NCBI GenBank assembly: GCA_964035545.1 | Contig: OZ037766.1 | Span: 32,354,773-32,418,772 of the forward strand | DNA from: Bugula neritina | Lineage: Eukaryota > Animalia > Bryozoa | Reading direction: 5' to 3' | DNA: 64,000 nt | Shown: in pieces, positions 47,966-63,300 of the stretch | How positions within the stretch are numbered: position 1 is the stretch's first letter | How the letters are laid out: the number at the start of each line of letters is the position of its first letter | Made by a program: the position numbers and the translations under genes | The notes under the pieces: model-generated | What the model saw: the letters and a program-made list of their open reading frames with translations, nothing else | Databases searched by the model: none | What the model was told of the DNA's origin: nothing

Positions 47966-48238
47966 TTGAGCCAACCTCCTTCTGTTCGTCTCCAAACTCG
48001 GTCTCATATCCTTTACCAATATGATTTTATCTTTTATTGTTAATTATGTGTTAATTTATATAAATAATATAAATTTATTGATCATATCCCATTCTGTATT
48101 TTTGTAAATTATAGCTCTTCACACGTAACTGTTTAGGTTTTGTATTTTTATATCATTCGTCTAGTAATATTACTGGGCTATGGTTTACTACTCATAATAT
48201 TTTTTAGTTTTATGTAATATTATTTAATTTATTCATCA

Positions 48239-48250
48239 AATAAAAATAAA
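48239..48250 (+). terminator. Candidate tandem polyadenylation signals of ARAP
   Basis: AATAAAAATAAA about 275 nt after the predicted stop. The context is AT-rich. Confidence 0.4.
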
Positions 48251-48692
48251 TATACGTCTTTGGTTATATTAACAAAATACTGGCATACTTATAATATAAA
48301 AATATAAATGCCAATGATGAATTATTTCAGCGAACACAATTTTGATTGACTTAAAACTGCAGATTGTTCCTTCATTCACAACACAGCAATGCAATGACAA
48401 AGTATGTACAGGAAATGTGACATTTCAAAATGGCCGATATCATTTACAAGTGCTAAAATATGATGTTTAAAAACACAGCCACAATTTTTCCATTATTTAA
48501 AAAATCAAAACAAATTAAAATTTGTTCTCATAGATAAAAGTTGAGACTCGGCTATAAATTGCAGGAATGTGCTGAGGAGTCTAACATTTAGCAAATACCA
48601 AAATATCACTTATTATAGTTTTAAATACTTCATATGTCACTCATATAGCACTGAATTTAATGTAGGTTGTCTGGAGTAAAGACTATTTACAA

Positions 48693-51600
48693 TCAGACTT
48701 GGCTGGATGGCGTGAGGACAATTTCCATTTCTACTTCGTCTCCTACTATTGGATTTAGCTGTGATCTGGAGGGGATAGTATAAACATTTGGGGTGACTCT
48801 GTCTAACCCCTTACTACTTGCAGATCTGGATCTATGTGATCTAGCGGCTAGCCTTTCCAACACTATTGGAGACTTATTCGTATCACATTTCTTGTCTGTA
48901 GTTATGTCCTCTCTTCTGCTTGTAATCGCATCGTCTTTTCTGTTAGTGATTGTCCTCTCTTGTCTGTCTAGAGTATGCTGTAAGTTCTCCATAGTGACTA
49001 CAGGTTCCTCTGTAGGTGTAGTAGAGGTCAACACGGTGCAGCTGGAATGCAGAGTCTGGTCAGAAGAACTGCAGTTGGAGTGGAAAGATTCCTCGTCTCC
49101 TGCCTTCAAAATAATTTGACTGATTCGATCAGCAACTTCATAGATACTTGGCGTTTGGTTTCTAGGCTTGTGAGAATTTGACTCGTCTTCGGAGCTGCTG
49201 ACGCTGCGAGACATGTTGATGGCGCTGTCGGTTGTCGGCGTCATACTTCGCTCGACTTCGTTATGACTTTTATAGGCATCTTCAAAGCTATTGTGGCTAG
49301 ATAAGTCAGTTGCACTGAGCTCCCTGATTGGTGGAAGGGTATTGGATGTAATACTCGTTTCTCTATTCAATCGATATTTGTCAGTCATTGATCCATCTAT
49401 TGTGAAACACGCTGAGTTTCCGTAGGATTTCCATTGCCCTCGAGTAGAGAGGATATCTTCACCAGTACCGGAGTCAACTGAGCTCACAGGGGAACATTGA
49501 GAGTGCGGGTTGAGGCGTTGTTGGTGCCGATGTTGTCTACAAGTACCAAAGTTCTTCTGGTTTTACTACTTGATATAGACACAAAAGTACATGAAGGTCA
49601 CACTGTGAACAAAGTAGTTATTTTCCTCATTTACAGATCTGTCTCACATAATCAGATATAACATAGAGTCTATTAGAGTAGATGATATTATTGTTAATGC
49701 ACAGAGCTTACTACTATTTTATATGTACTATGTGTCAGTTACTAGCGCTATATACTACTGAGCTAGCGGATTTTTACAGGAAATACACAAGCCAGCTACA
49801 CAATTTATGCTTGTGCTGAACTAGCAGTTATGACTCACCTATTTCTATAATCTCTTCGAGTGTTCTCTTGCAAGCTTCTAGAAAAATTTTTACCATCTTC
49901 GGGCAAAGTCATATGATAGCTTTCCTCGACTGGCGCATTCGTTTGGTAAGCATCAATTTTATGCCTGCTAGTCTTGTAGTTGTCCTCCCATGTTGGACTA
50001 GTGTCTATGTTTATGCTCTGTAGGTTGGCTGGATGACTCGTCACTCGTCTGTATGAACTCGTCTTCTGATTGACATACGCCTTGAACCTGTCGGCTCCAA
50101 AGAACAACCGATCTGTTAACTCGCGGATAGTTTCGTCTTTCTGTAGAAAATAATTCAAATAAAAATAATTATTAGACATCATCTACTGCAATATTATTTT
50201 CTGAACTCTCTTACCTAAATGACTGTAGTCCAGCACAGACTAAAGTGTGTCCTAAATAATGATATATTATGTATATATGTTATATATTTAGTATACCTTA
50301 TACATAGTTGCTTATCTAGTTTGTCATATTTTCAGTTATATTCAGGATTCCTAAAGAGTTGTCACACCAACCCGGTTATTAAATTTATCAAAGTTACAGG
50401 CAAATATTTATTTTCTCATTTTAAAAAACTTTGGCAATTTTCATTCTTACTACTTGAAACTAAATAATTGACATTAAGATGCAACAACTTTTTTATTGAC
50501 CTATCTAAGAGCTATTAATTTTATACTTTGAGATCTAAAAATGGCAAGGCAAGAAGTTCACAAGTTGTTGACAACTTTAAATTTAATTGCGGTATCTTTC
50601 CCCCAATCAGTTGAGGTATTATTAGTGTAACTTCTTGACAATTTCTCCAAGACTTGAGATCATCTGAAGCTAGTAATGCCAATTTGGAAACTGTAAGTAA
50701 GGCTTTTTTCTAAACTGGCATAAATTTAGACACTCTTGAGGTGGCAACGCTTACGCATCAAAGCAAAAAATTGCTTTCAGTTGCGTGATGTGACCATTCT
50801 TTACCTACCTCTTTAACTAGTTGCTTCAGGGTCTCTATTTCCTGGCACAAGACCGAGTCCCCCATATTGCTCTCTGATTGGTTGCTACAGTGTTTTAACT
50901 TTGCCCAGCAACTATTTCCGGAATCTTCTCTCTGCTTGACTGACTCACGGAAGAGGAACTTAGCTGCTGACTTAGAGTTTGAGTCATCCCTGTTTCTCAT
51001 CAACATAACCTAAACATAGATATACTCGAATAAAAGGATAAGTTAAATGTTTATACTTACAGAGTGTTGTACACAACTATAGGTGGTAATACAATTAGTA
51101 AAAGTTGTAATACAAATAGTATGAATTGTTCAAGTGATGATACAAATGATGCAAGTTGTAATACAAATAGTATGAGATGTAATACGAAAATTCCAAGTGA
51201 TAATAAAAAAATTTCAAGTTGTAATACAAAAAATTCAAGTAGTAATACAAATAGTTACAGAGATGATAATTAATACAATTAGCATATTACAAATAGTTTA
51301 GGTAGTATTACAAAGTGGTAGCAAGTAATACCTTTGGTGCCAACAGCAGACTAAGGGTTGAAAACACCATCATGAGGATGCACAAGGAAAGGGTAGAAAA
51401 TCTAGTAGAGTTTATAGTCCCAGTGCATGCTAGTGCAGGTAAACTAGTCAGCAAAATAGTTACCAACACCAGACTATTGGTAAATATAAAACTACAAAAA
51501 TAAAAATAGTCAACCATAAATGCATCGTGTCAACAAAAATATATGGTATGTACTCTTATAATATTCGTTTATACACATAAAATCTAAAACACTGTCTGGA

Positions 51601-54600
51601 TTAACACAAATAAGGTAGAATAACATTTTACTTATGTCCTGAAAATCAAGTGGTTTGAATTTCAAGCTAGTAGCTATATGACTATGAGCGTATTGACTGA
51701 ATAGTTAGGACTCAATGTGAGTGTCATGTCTACTAATAAGACCTACTGAGAATCTTGAAGACTGGGAAGTTTCACTTGTCTGATATGCCACGCGTAGAAA
51801 AGAGTCGGAGCTGTGAGGAGTAACTTGTAGGTAGTAAGTAAACTCATCCACAGGATATGGTAGGAGCTACTGCACACCAACTGCCGACTCTAAGTGAAAA
51901 CAGAGACTCGGGTTATACAATACTTCTATCTGCCAGTGATGCAGAACAAGTTCATCACATGCTGAAGAGGTGCCAGCATCGATTTAATATTTATAGCTTA
52001 GTTAAGAATTTATCTTTAACCGGATGTCTAACTTAAACTCAAAACCAAGACAAATTTATTTAATAAATGAATTAATACATAGTAATTGGGCATAGATTTG
52101 ATTTGAACTGATTTTAAAAATTTTATCCACACTGCTTTACAGGGTGCAAGAATTCAAGAACTTCAACATGGTAGAAACTTTTTTGGTAAAAACATTATGT
52201 AACGCTTAAAGTGGGTATTACTTGTTTAAACTCACATTGTTAGGCAGGACACATTGTATTCTATCAACTTTACTCCACACCGTGTTTATAGCCATGTCTA
52301 TTACAGCTAGTCCAACTATGCTCAATATGAGATGCTCATCCTTCGACCCCTGAAAGCATAAATTGTAAATACAGAAGATGATCTTGAACCATAAGTTTGT
52401 GGTTCAAACCTCAAATAAACAACACTTGCTTAAAGCCAGTTCCACTTTAATTAAATCCCAGCATTGGGAAGGCTAAATAGGTGTTACCAAATGATGGATG
52501 CTACAGCATTAAGGATGTTGCTCAGCTAATTTTATGGATTAAGTTATTATATCTAAAAGGTATTTCACACCATTAATATAATTTTAATAAAACTTGTAAT
52601 ATAATCTTCACACCTGTAGGTTAGTACATTAATAATCCTAATCAGTCAAATTACTAATCTAAATAAAATTAGAAACCTCTTAAAATGATAGTTTCTACCG
52701 CATAAAGTCGCTATAATTAGTTCCATGAGTTGTATAAGCAGAGTATATCATGTCAAGTCATGAGACTTTTCCTGCTCTCAACAGCGAACCTTATGGGTTT
52801 GAGCTCTGGAATTTCCTGGACTACACACCCTAGTCTGATAACAAGTCATTGTCAAGTCATGGCAAGTTGTTGCCAGGTCATGGCAGGTCCTTGTTAACTC
52901 ATTATCAAGTAAGCTAATACCTTGCTATTCAAATGCATCTTCTTAAAGATTCTGTAAACTCGCCAAGTCTTGACAAGTATGCTGGAGTAGATCACAGTGA
53001 TGCCAACATTCACGGTGAACAAGCCCGCCTGGAACATTGCCAAATTTTACATCAGCTAATTTTACTCTTAATTCTCTTTTGGGCATATTTTATTTTAGTT
53101 TTCCTTTTCCTGAAATGCCGTCAGTCTACTGTTTTTCTACCTTTACAGCTCAAAAAAATATATGTCACTTTAAACGTTTTAGCAAAAAAAACTTAAATGA
53201 GAGACATAATGTCAATAACTTTCAGTATTTAATTAAATTGATATATAATTTTACTTCTTCTGCAGCAGTAAAAAACATTTCTTTTAATAGTTGCTATGTT
53301 ACCAGCTAACAAAATCATTTTCAATATAATAATATTCTATGCGGACTAAAGTATCAGAGATACATACACAGAGAGAAGCATATTATGCACACAGAACAAG
53401 TTGTCTCCACTATATCAACAATAACCAACCTGTTGCATTTGAGCTATAATTCTTAGGTCATCAGTGATTGGACGCTCAATACCCAACAGAGGAATAGAAA
53501 AGAGTGTTAGAAGACTGCCAGAGCATGTCATTATGTTTATATTTGGGCTCGTCAGCTTTATGATTCTAAAAATACAAAATTTGAAAATATAGAATCGTGA
53601 GCTAAAAATAAGTTACCATTGAAGCTGATATTTGCATATCTGTAAAACCGGTATATAGTAAGGTGATTCATAACTTCGTAAGTTGTCTAATTAAACATAA
53701 CAAAATAAAACCAAGTCCTGTACAAAACCAGTGTGCCTGTAAACAAAACATGATTGACTCTGTCTTTATCTGGTTTTTATACTGATTTTTATCATGACGC
53801 TTTATCTCATAATAACTTTGGTATTGCATAAAAATTTTAAGATCATTCATTCATGTTGTGATTGAAGCTTAAAACGAATAAACGAAAAGGTTTTTTAGAT
53901 TCAGCCAATAAGATTGCCGCTTTTATAAAACCTCCACACTTGTAACTGTGGTGTAAACAGCATAATATATAAGTCATTATTGTAACCACACCATTATTAT
54001 ACTGAGTGATGAATTGCTACCATCAAATAAGTTTCTACAAGAATTGTGCAAAACCCACAGTTGTTGCTGTAAACATGTTGACAAGATAAGAGAGATTGCA
54101 AGCTAGTATGCATATTGTTTATATCCCTAATCCTCCATGTCAAACCATTGACTTTTGCTAACATCCAAATCTTTATTTATCTGAGTACTATGCCATTACA
54201 TAATCTGTTTACGGAAGGATTTGGTAAGAACCTGTCAATACAACTCAAGTAGGCTCTGAATAACCAGAATTTACCATTCAAACCACTCAGCTTGAAGACA
54301 TTAATGAGCCAACCAGATGTTCAGCATTGCATGAGTGGCTACAGCTATTAGCCCTACAAACACTACAAGCATTTAGTCACAAACCTGCTCTAATTTAAAT
54401 ACTAAATTCAGTTCCAGTAGAGTTCTGAATCTAAGGAATAGTTTTATACAAACTATTATCTAAAGAAAACTGCTATATAAAACACATTTCAGACCAAAAA
54501 CATTTCTAGCAGTAAATCTTAAAAGTTTAAGAATGATAGCTAATGTTCTTACAATCTCTGTGAAACTGGATAATGAGGACGTTACGAACTTTGCCCTTAA

Positions 54601-55208
54601 CTTTCTAGCAACTCTGCTAGGAGGATGTGCAAAAAGGTGTTACTGTCTATAGCAGCTGTAAAGTGCTGTCATCTTGCCAGACTAAGAGACTTGGATTAAT
54701 CTCAGGAAAAAGTGAGAACAGCTTTTTCCTTTTGTCTGTGTTTATCAACTAATTTCAAAATTAACTTCCCAGGGTCATCTTACAGTATGCACAATCTAGC
54801 AGGAAGTACAATGTGAATATTAAAAGCAAATTGGGAGCAGTATTTTAAGATTTGTCCTTCACTTACCAAATTAGCAAATAAATTTCTTCCTATATCAAAA
54901 ACATTTTGATATACATATATTTTTAGGAATAAGTAAAGAAAAATTGAAAAGCACTAACGGAGACATTGGCCCCCAATCGACTCTGTCTAGTATCAGTTTT
55001 GACAAAAGTTGAATGATAGCCTGAGGTTGGCGAAACTAGAAATATTTTTACCTGTCTTTACTTTTAGAGCAGTTGAAGGCTATGAGAGCAACAGAGTATA
55101 TAGCTCCAAGTAAAGCAAATGAGCACATGACTCCTAACACTGCTAATGACGTATCATAATCCATTGTAACTGGCTCTGGAGTAGCAGGAGTAGTGGATGT
55201 TAAATTCT
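48693..55208 (-). CDS. Class C (GABA-B-related) 7TM receptor, GPR156-like. Exons 55208-55052, 53565-53430, 53028-52921, 52349-52236, 51889-51747, 51491-51332, 51009-50809, 50140-49839, 49536-48693. 5' end unresolved; first in-exon ATG at 55164 gives ~706 aa
   Basis: TM1-ICL1 LIAFNCSKSKDRIIKLTSPNINIM, TM3 SILVKTWRVYRIFK, TM4 KDEHLILSIVGLAVIDMAINTVWSKVDRIQC, ECL2/TM5 CSSSYHILWMSLLTTYKLLL..AWHIRQVKLPSLQDS and TM7 LSLLLAPK. A short coiled coil (QEIETLKQLVKEKDETIRELTDRL) and a long Ser-rich tail follow. Phases are consistent. Confidence 0.85.
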
Positions 55209-58200
55209 CTACAAAAACAGGTAGCAATAAGGTAAGCTCATTGTTTTGTTTCATTGAAAATGAAAACTCAAACTGGAAAATGAAAAAATATTTTTATTAA
55301 ACTTATTTTTATGCATATGTTGTAGTATGTTATATTTTTATTCTTTATGATAGCTTTCCCATAAAAAACAAACTCATGTAATCTCACAAATCAAAGAAAA
55401 TATACAATGTATACAATGGTCAAACCATTTTTTAATGAACATATAATATGTCTACTGTTGAACAAACTATATAGAATGATCATTCAACAGTATAGTTTAA
55501 CTATAAATAGTACACTATGACATAAATAATTATTGCCAAATAGGTATATATGTAACAAAAAGTAGCACATTAATAATACTATCTAAATATAAAATACAGC
55601 GAATAGCAATTAAGGTACATGTAATGCTGTAAACATTGGGTACTAAATTATGCAAAATTCGTCAAAATATCAGTCATCTATAAAATTAAACATCAATAAT
55701 TTTCCAGTTAGACTTCAAAAGACTTTGAATGACTCATCATCCTGCAGGTGAACTCAGATTGAGGCATAAAATTGGGTGATTTAAGCAAAAAACTATTTGC
55801 TTACAAATAAATGATACTATATAAAATGTTTTTTCATCATTCAACCAGAACTAACTTACAAGAATAATTTGTGTTATTTATAATTAAACTGTAGAACTGT
55901 TAATATGATTTTAATGAAGATGTATCAAATATCTGTTTGTGTACAAATTTTTAAAATTTAGGAATGTTTAAACTGAAAAATGAATTGATTTAGACTGTTC
56001 TTGTTGGCTGGAGGGTGGAACTGAGACCATCACCACATTCCTTCATCAACGCCACCTCAAAAATTATTGGCAAGAGCCAGACAGCTGAGAATTAGTACAA
56101 ATACTACAGCCAGCCACGAGAGAAGAATTTCAAGAATGTTTTCATATTTGGGAACTAAGAATAGCAGAAAACTGTTTGCGTTGAGACGGTAAATAATGCA
56201 GGTATTTCAAGCCTTTGCATGTTTCCTGGTAACTATAGTTACGGGCTGGTTCCTCCACATTAAAGGAAATACAGGTGTGCATTATTCTAGCTGTGTAAGC
56301 GTGGATTGGCATATCATTAGATATTTCCCTCCCAAACTTACCTGTCGTGTCTTACAGGTAAATGTGAAAACGGTATTAAAACTAGATCCAAATAAAATGA
56401 TATGCACCTTGCAACTTTTTCAGACACATCTATAAATATTCTATTATGGCTATGACGTAAGTTTAAATCACCTATTGGTTAAAAAAACCTTATGTTTTGG
56501 AAGACTGGTTTAAGCAACTAATGGCTCAGTAAAATATAATCTGTTTACTGAGTGGAATGGAGCTATTCAGAGATAGCAAACATAATAATATGTGCTATGA
56601 AATAGAATATTATATATAAATAATTTATGTTAATATATTCTTGAAATGTAGATTCACGTAGATTGTGCTATGAATTGTAACATTATTTAATTTAATTGAT
56701 GCAATTCTACATAATGTCTGCATGCAAACTCCTGGTTAATTAAAATTCAAATAGCCACAAATCTACTAAAATATTTCAGTAATTAAAAACTGATATCTAT
56801 ACTGAAAAAGCTCAGATTTTAAAGCCCCGAGAAACATAATGTCGTGATTAAATGAACAGCCTGCCAAAATTCTTTATTTGACCTCAAAACGGCCTTGAAT
56901 ACATCCTAGTAACGATTGGACACAAATTCAGCCATTTGTATTGCAGTTGTTGTAAACAAGAAGAGTATTTTTAAACAAAAGTTAGTAAATTTTCTACATA
57001 TGCATTTAATCAAAATATCTAGTGATGACAAATTAATGTTGAATTTATAATGTGTTGTTGATTCAGCTGAACACAACCGTTGAATCATCCCCTGCTCTTC
57101 CCAAGTTGATTGCAACCTGCACCTTGCCAACTCTAAGCTATGTAGCTGTAAACATTAGCTATAATTATTTATAATGAAATAAATATAACCAAATAATTAC
57201 AATATAGACTAATAGTGAAAGTTGCATTATAAAACTGCTGTAACGCATATTTTTCCTTTCGATTTATTGCAACAGTTATCATTGTGATATGCTGTGACTG
57301 TAATCTGCTGGGACTTTGAATTGCTCTGTGACTATTTGTGTCACTCACTTCCTTAATTGGTAAATTTTTAAACTTACAATCTAGTAATTTCAACTTTAAT
57401 CTGGTAATACAAGTTTTTAGACAGCCTAATATTGGAAATACTGCTCACTGTCTTATATTTAATACAGTCAAGCAGCAGATAGATTATAATAAATATACAC
57501 AGCCTTTTCAATTGACCTTTTTCGAGGGTATTCTCCCCCCCCCCCTCACCCTGAGTGGCTCAGAACTCATGTTTAGCTCCAAGTAATAATTTCTGCAACT
57601 GTGTGATTTATTTTATAAAATGCCACTTCAAAATGCACCCTCTGTTTACCTTCATGTTGCAATGCTCTGGTAAATACGAATTGTTAGAAGTTGACATTCT
57701 ATTTCATGGTACTGCACAATTCCCTGCTACCATCTCAATAAACCCATTTATCTGAATGAATTATTCTAAGCCTTTTATCTTCCAATAAAGCAATTTGTTA
57801 ACTTACTTTCCATTGAGAAAAAGCAATTTGTATCTTTGATTTATTACTCATTTATGCTATAATCAAATATAATTGGAATGCAATAAAACGGTTTCAGTAT
57901 TTTGAGTTTACTGACTGCTAAACTCAAAGGGGTCCCATTTTCACACAGTTTTGAGATGCCATGCGTGAAATTATTTTACTTCAACCTAACTCTTACCGCT
58001 GCACCCACAACAATGCAGTGAGCAATGTCACGGTTCCATCAACTTGAGTCACGTTGAATTAATTCATACAAGTCTTATTCAGATGTTTTGAAGGAAACTG
58101 AATAAATAAATTGCAGGTAATATTTATAGATATGGGCGCATCATTTTGTGTATAGCTAAGACTTCTACGTAGAACCTAAATACACGTAGATCAGATTCTG

Positions 58201-60035
58201 GCACGTGGCAAGTTGTTATTCACAACTTTACAACTACAGAACTCCAAACTAGCGTAATATTGCCACTTTCTTCATTTTGTCTCTTAAAACAGCTATTGGA
58301 TACTTTTAAACATTGTTAGGTTAGGATTTAAATATATATGCTTACAATTGGCTCTATTCAGCAAAATTTACTTTTTGAAATGTCAAAAATTTACATAAAT
58401 TAATGTTCATGCTGCCATAGAATTGATAGTATAGACAAGAAACTTGCACCATCTCGTTGGAACTCTAGTTCATTCTCTCCAAATTTTGTCGAGTAAATCA
58501 GACTTTTGCCTACAGCTATTAAATGTTTGCCTGCCCTCTCCACAAGCTTGGCACACTTGTTTGAAGCTAAGCATACTGAGCTAGTATTTCTGGTGGGTGT
58601 TTAGATATTTCAATGACCTATATAATTTTAATCTGACAGAACTAACCTCATATATCAGTCATGTTATTATCTTCACATTTTGATTTATATTTCGAAAGAT
58701 GTTTATACTGAAGTTTTTATAATAAATGTTTTTCTAGTGTTAGAATCAATAAGCTAGTATATCCTTAAACTGTGAGTTATTTTTCCATGTTATTAGGAGT
58801 GCCAAAGTTGTGGGCAATGATGTCTTAGAAGTCAGAGATGATAGGGTGATTGAATAGAAGAAGCTGTACAAAGAATTGAAGTTTAAAGCAAATTGAAATG
58901 TTTTCATGCGTGACTTTCAATCTTCTGTTAGATTCTAGTCAATTTAGATCAAACTGAGGGAAAGCGTTCAACTATCTATGAGATAAAACGAGAAAGCTTT
59001 ACAAAACTATGCAAATAGAAGTGAAAGTATCGGTTGTTATTTTTACTGACAGTCTGGCTGCAGAACAATCAAACAAGAACCTGCAGCAACCTGCCACTAG
59101 ACATGAAACTCAAACGTTTATAACACAAACTCAAGTTGCAAGGGGGTAAAGCAACACAACAGAAACTGGAACAACCTGCACACACCTGTCATATTGAGAC
59201 CCATATCTTCTGTCCACTCAGCTATTATAGCGTCTTGTGATTCATAGTGATGACTCAAAACTATTGATCTTACTCTCGTGTGAAAATTCACACTTTGAGT
59301 TTCAACTTCTTTCTAAAACAAAAAAGTGTGGATGCATAAAACACAGAAAACTCTAAACTTTCTTCTGGTAATTGTCTTTCTTGGTTTGAGTCTATCACTT
59401 CTCAGGAACAATCATACAATAGATGAGAGAAAGAAAAAAAATAGCAGCTATTATGCAATGGCAAGTTTTCCTAGTGAATGGAATTTGATGGAATGTTTTC
59501 ACCACCATTGAATATGATAGATAAGTTATAGAATACTATGAATGCATTGTTTTTGGATCCCAACAGTTTGCCATGGGTATGTCAACAATGTTCATACTAT
59601 TGTCAGATTATAAAAAGGGAAGTCATGTGTATAAAGCTATGTACAGATGGCTATTTAATAGCTTATCTAAAGGATTTATACTAATGCGTAACACTAGAAG
59701 GCAAGTTAGTATTAAATTAGATGAAAAATAATCAGTTTTCTTTAGTAAACAGGTTGGTTTCAGTTTCACTAATATTATCGTGCTTTCTGTACAATTATTA
59801 CGCTGTTTCTTTTTCAGTTTTATACAAATAACTCAACTAGTTTTAACAGAAGAAAAGCCAGTATCAGCTGCTTTTGTTGTAAAATAAACAAAAGCAACAA
59901 TTAATGTCTTTCTTTTTGTAAGCTTTAGCTTGTTTTCTTTTAACATTTACCATTAAAAGCACGGTTTGGGTGAACATAAAAAACTAAGGGAACCTCGTGC
60001 CAGAATTAACTCCTTAAACTGGAGTAAATGTAAAA

Positions 60036-60316
60036 AGTGTCACATATAAAGTGTATCACATGTGAAGTGTATCACATGTGAAGTGTATCACATGTAAAGT
60101 GTCACATGTAAAGTGTATTACATGTAAAGTGCATGTGTCACATGTAAAGTGTGTCACATGTAAAGTGTGTCACATGTAAAGTGTGTCACATGTAAAGTGT
60201 GTCACATGTAAAGTGTGTCACATGTAAAGTGTGTCACATGTAAAGTGTGTCACATGTAAAGTGTGTCACATGTAAAGTGTATCACATGTAAAGTGTGTCA
60301 CATGTAAAGTGTGTCA
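60036..60316. repeat. 16-bp tandem repeat, ~18 units
   Basis: Unit AAAGTGTGTCACATGT. Confidence 0.9.
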
Positions 60317-63300
60317 GATGAGCTCTAAACAATAGTAATAACTGTTTAATCTTAGAGTATCCTTTAAATATTGGCAAAGAATCAATTTCAATATCTTTCA
60401 AAAAAATTTGAATTCAATTTTTTTCTTTTTTTCGTTATGCAGTTATTATGAAAACCCTACACCGGCCTTAGCCTTAGCAATACAAATAGGATATATATTA
60501 TATCTATTACTTTCAATTTTCTCACGAGATAATAATCTTAAATTACATAAGAGCTGGGAGAATGAATAAATATCCTTTGATGTTAGGATGTAGGGTTCCA
60601 TAAAACCAACTGGTAACTTCCCATTCAAGATTTCAGAAAAAAAGTAAATAATGTTTAAAAAAACAATTAAGAGCAGAAAGATAGCTTTTTCTAGAAACTT
60701 CTGACAACAGTTTATATTATCGCAGACGTGACTTTGAAATAAGACAGTATCAGTGGCTCCAGATGTAATGATTTCAGTGACAATTGTAATGCTATAAAGA
60801 AGAACCTTGTCATCAAATAATAGGATGTACTTGAGAATGATGAACATAACACTTGAGCTAAGACTACCTGAGTTACCTTACCTAAGTGCAGGTAGAACAC
60901 ACACGAAGCCATTTATATCAGTTTAATCTCTTAAATATTAAATTAGACATTAACATAAATAATGCAGAAGATGAAATACATAATTTAAAGTCATGGTGGC
61001 AGAAAACACCATGCAGGTTCTGTACTACAGCTAGTAGAACGGACAAGAAATGTATCTCAACTCTATCCCCCATTTGTTGGTTTTTACTTAATATCTGCGA
61101 AATAGCCACAAACACTCGTATGCAACAGTAAATTTCATCAAAATGCAAGCAGATAGTTGAAGCAAGGTTACAAGGTAGCCACTTGGTCCACTGCAGACAA
61201 AACATGAAGTTCCATCAGAAAATTGCTAATTTAAATCCCTGCAGACTACCACTGCAGACATTAATTCAATAAAAAGCAGACACTATGCAGTATAAAGGAG
61301 TATGGAGTATGGAGTATGGAGCCTATATAACCTCTTGCCCAGTACGTGGGACCAAATTAAAGTTTAAACTAAATTTTAAATCGCTTTACAATAAGAAATA
61401 GAAAATTACTAAATTACGGTGTTTGCTTCAATTCTAGCTCAACTAATGACTATGAAATTGTTTATCATTTCTAGCTGATCTGATAACTGGGACAGCTAGA
61501 TTCTTCTCCTTTCATGACATCATACTTATATAAAAGCTGCAAAATGGGTAGAATTCTTCAAATTAAAAACTAAGAATGCAAACTTGTTTATTTCAAGAAT
61601 AAAAACAGACTATAGGCTCAAAATTAAAAAGCTGGTTGACTTACAAAACTCTTAAAGCTATGCAATCTCACGGTAGGCCGAACGTCTATTTTAAGTTCCA
61701 AACACTTATATAAATACATTCTACAGTAAATGCTCTCCCCAATAAATAGATGTTTGTAAGAATCACTACCCTTACCTTAGCTGGTTAGCACCTGTCTGAT
61801 AACCCAACATTAACTGGACAAGTATTTATAAAGTGTTGACAGAAACCATTAAATATAAAATGCAATTTGAAGCGAAAACAAAGGAGCAGTGAGTTGAAGT
61901 GTCGAGTTTTTGAGCAAGCTGAGTTGCGAGTGAATAGTTGAGTTGGAACGGGTTCGAAGTCAAGTGCTTAGCCTAAGGACTTCAGCTGTGAATGGTTGCG
62001 GGAGTGTTCTCTCCGTCACGGTGCTTTAGCTAGTTGCTAATGGATTGGTAATAGTTACGGTTCAATGGTTTGAGAGGGAAGTTATAATTTTCTCAAATTG
62101 AAGTACTGGAATACGTCATAGTATGAGTGAAAGCTGAGAAGAGTTCACTTGTCAATTACCTCTTGGATAAAATAAACATGCGAAAAAATTGATAGATTTT
62201 AAAGTTAAAGTAATATAGGTTTTTGAAATAGTTTAGGAAGCAAATTGACTGGCTTTCTTGTAAATTAAGCTTAATTAATAAATTTTCTACCGTATCTAAA
62301 TATTTGGGCCATGAAAGCAGTGATTTTAGTTCATTTGAATTAAATTGAACAGCGTATTCTGGTAGTTAATTTTTATAACACAAAACTAACTTCCAAATAC
62401 TGTTATTCTTATACAAGGAATTTCAGAAGCAGAAACAAGATTTTTGGATCTATAATTTCATGCCCTCTGCTCATAATGAAACTCAAGACTGACCAGTGCA
62501 ATGGTACCTAAACATCCACTAGCTAAGCCTGAGTTGCTATTACCACCAGTGGACTACTGCACTAATGTCTCAACTCTGAAGTTGACTACTGCATTGATGT
62601 CTAAACTCAGTAGATATGCCTGGTTAATGACCAACCCATGGTAAAATATTTATATATTTTGTACCAGTCAGTGCAACAGGACTGCTCCTAAGGTTTTCAC
62701 ACTTTAATTAGTAGGCTATTAATTTTGTTATTTATTGCAGCAGTTACTGTTTGTTTGGTCCGTCAATTAAATTTAATCCGTATATTTCTTAGAAAGGAAT
62801 TAGTTTTAAATACAATGGCAACATGAGAAGGCATTTAAACACCAAGTAGACTACAGCTATATCTACTCAGTTGTCACGTGACTTTGAGCTGTTTAAACTG
62901 AAGCTGCAGTTAATCCTGATAAATGTAGCTAATACGAAGGAGTGTGGAGCTCTTATCAAAAGCACAATTCTTACAGTAGCTAACATCCTAACACTTCAGT
63001 TACTTTATAAAATATCCACACAAATTTAAACTGTGGCTTTAAACTTATAGCTTCAAAGATTATGCTTTTAAAAAAGCCAAAGCAAATTGAAATTCAAATA
63101 AGAAGAAACTAGGTTAGTAAATATATCTTCTGTTGAAACTCAAAGCATTGATTCCTTACCTAGTAACAGACACCAAATCTAAGGTAATACTGAGACTTCT
63201 GGAAATCGATCTTACTACAGGAATGCATTGACCTTAGGCTATGTTTTGCTGAAGAATAGAACAACTAACCAAGCAAACCACATATCTATTATATAGCTAG

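Noticed and set aside
48228-48250. Opposed polyA signals suggesting overlapping ARAP/GPCR 3' UTRs
   Set aside because: The region is very AT-rich, so such hexamers are expected by chance without 3'-end data.
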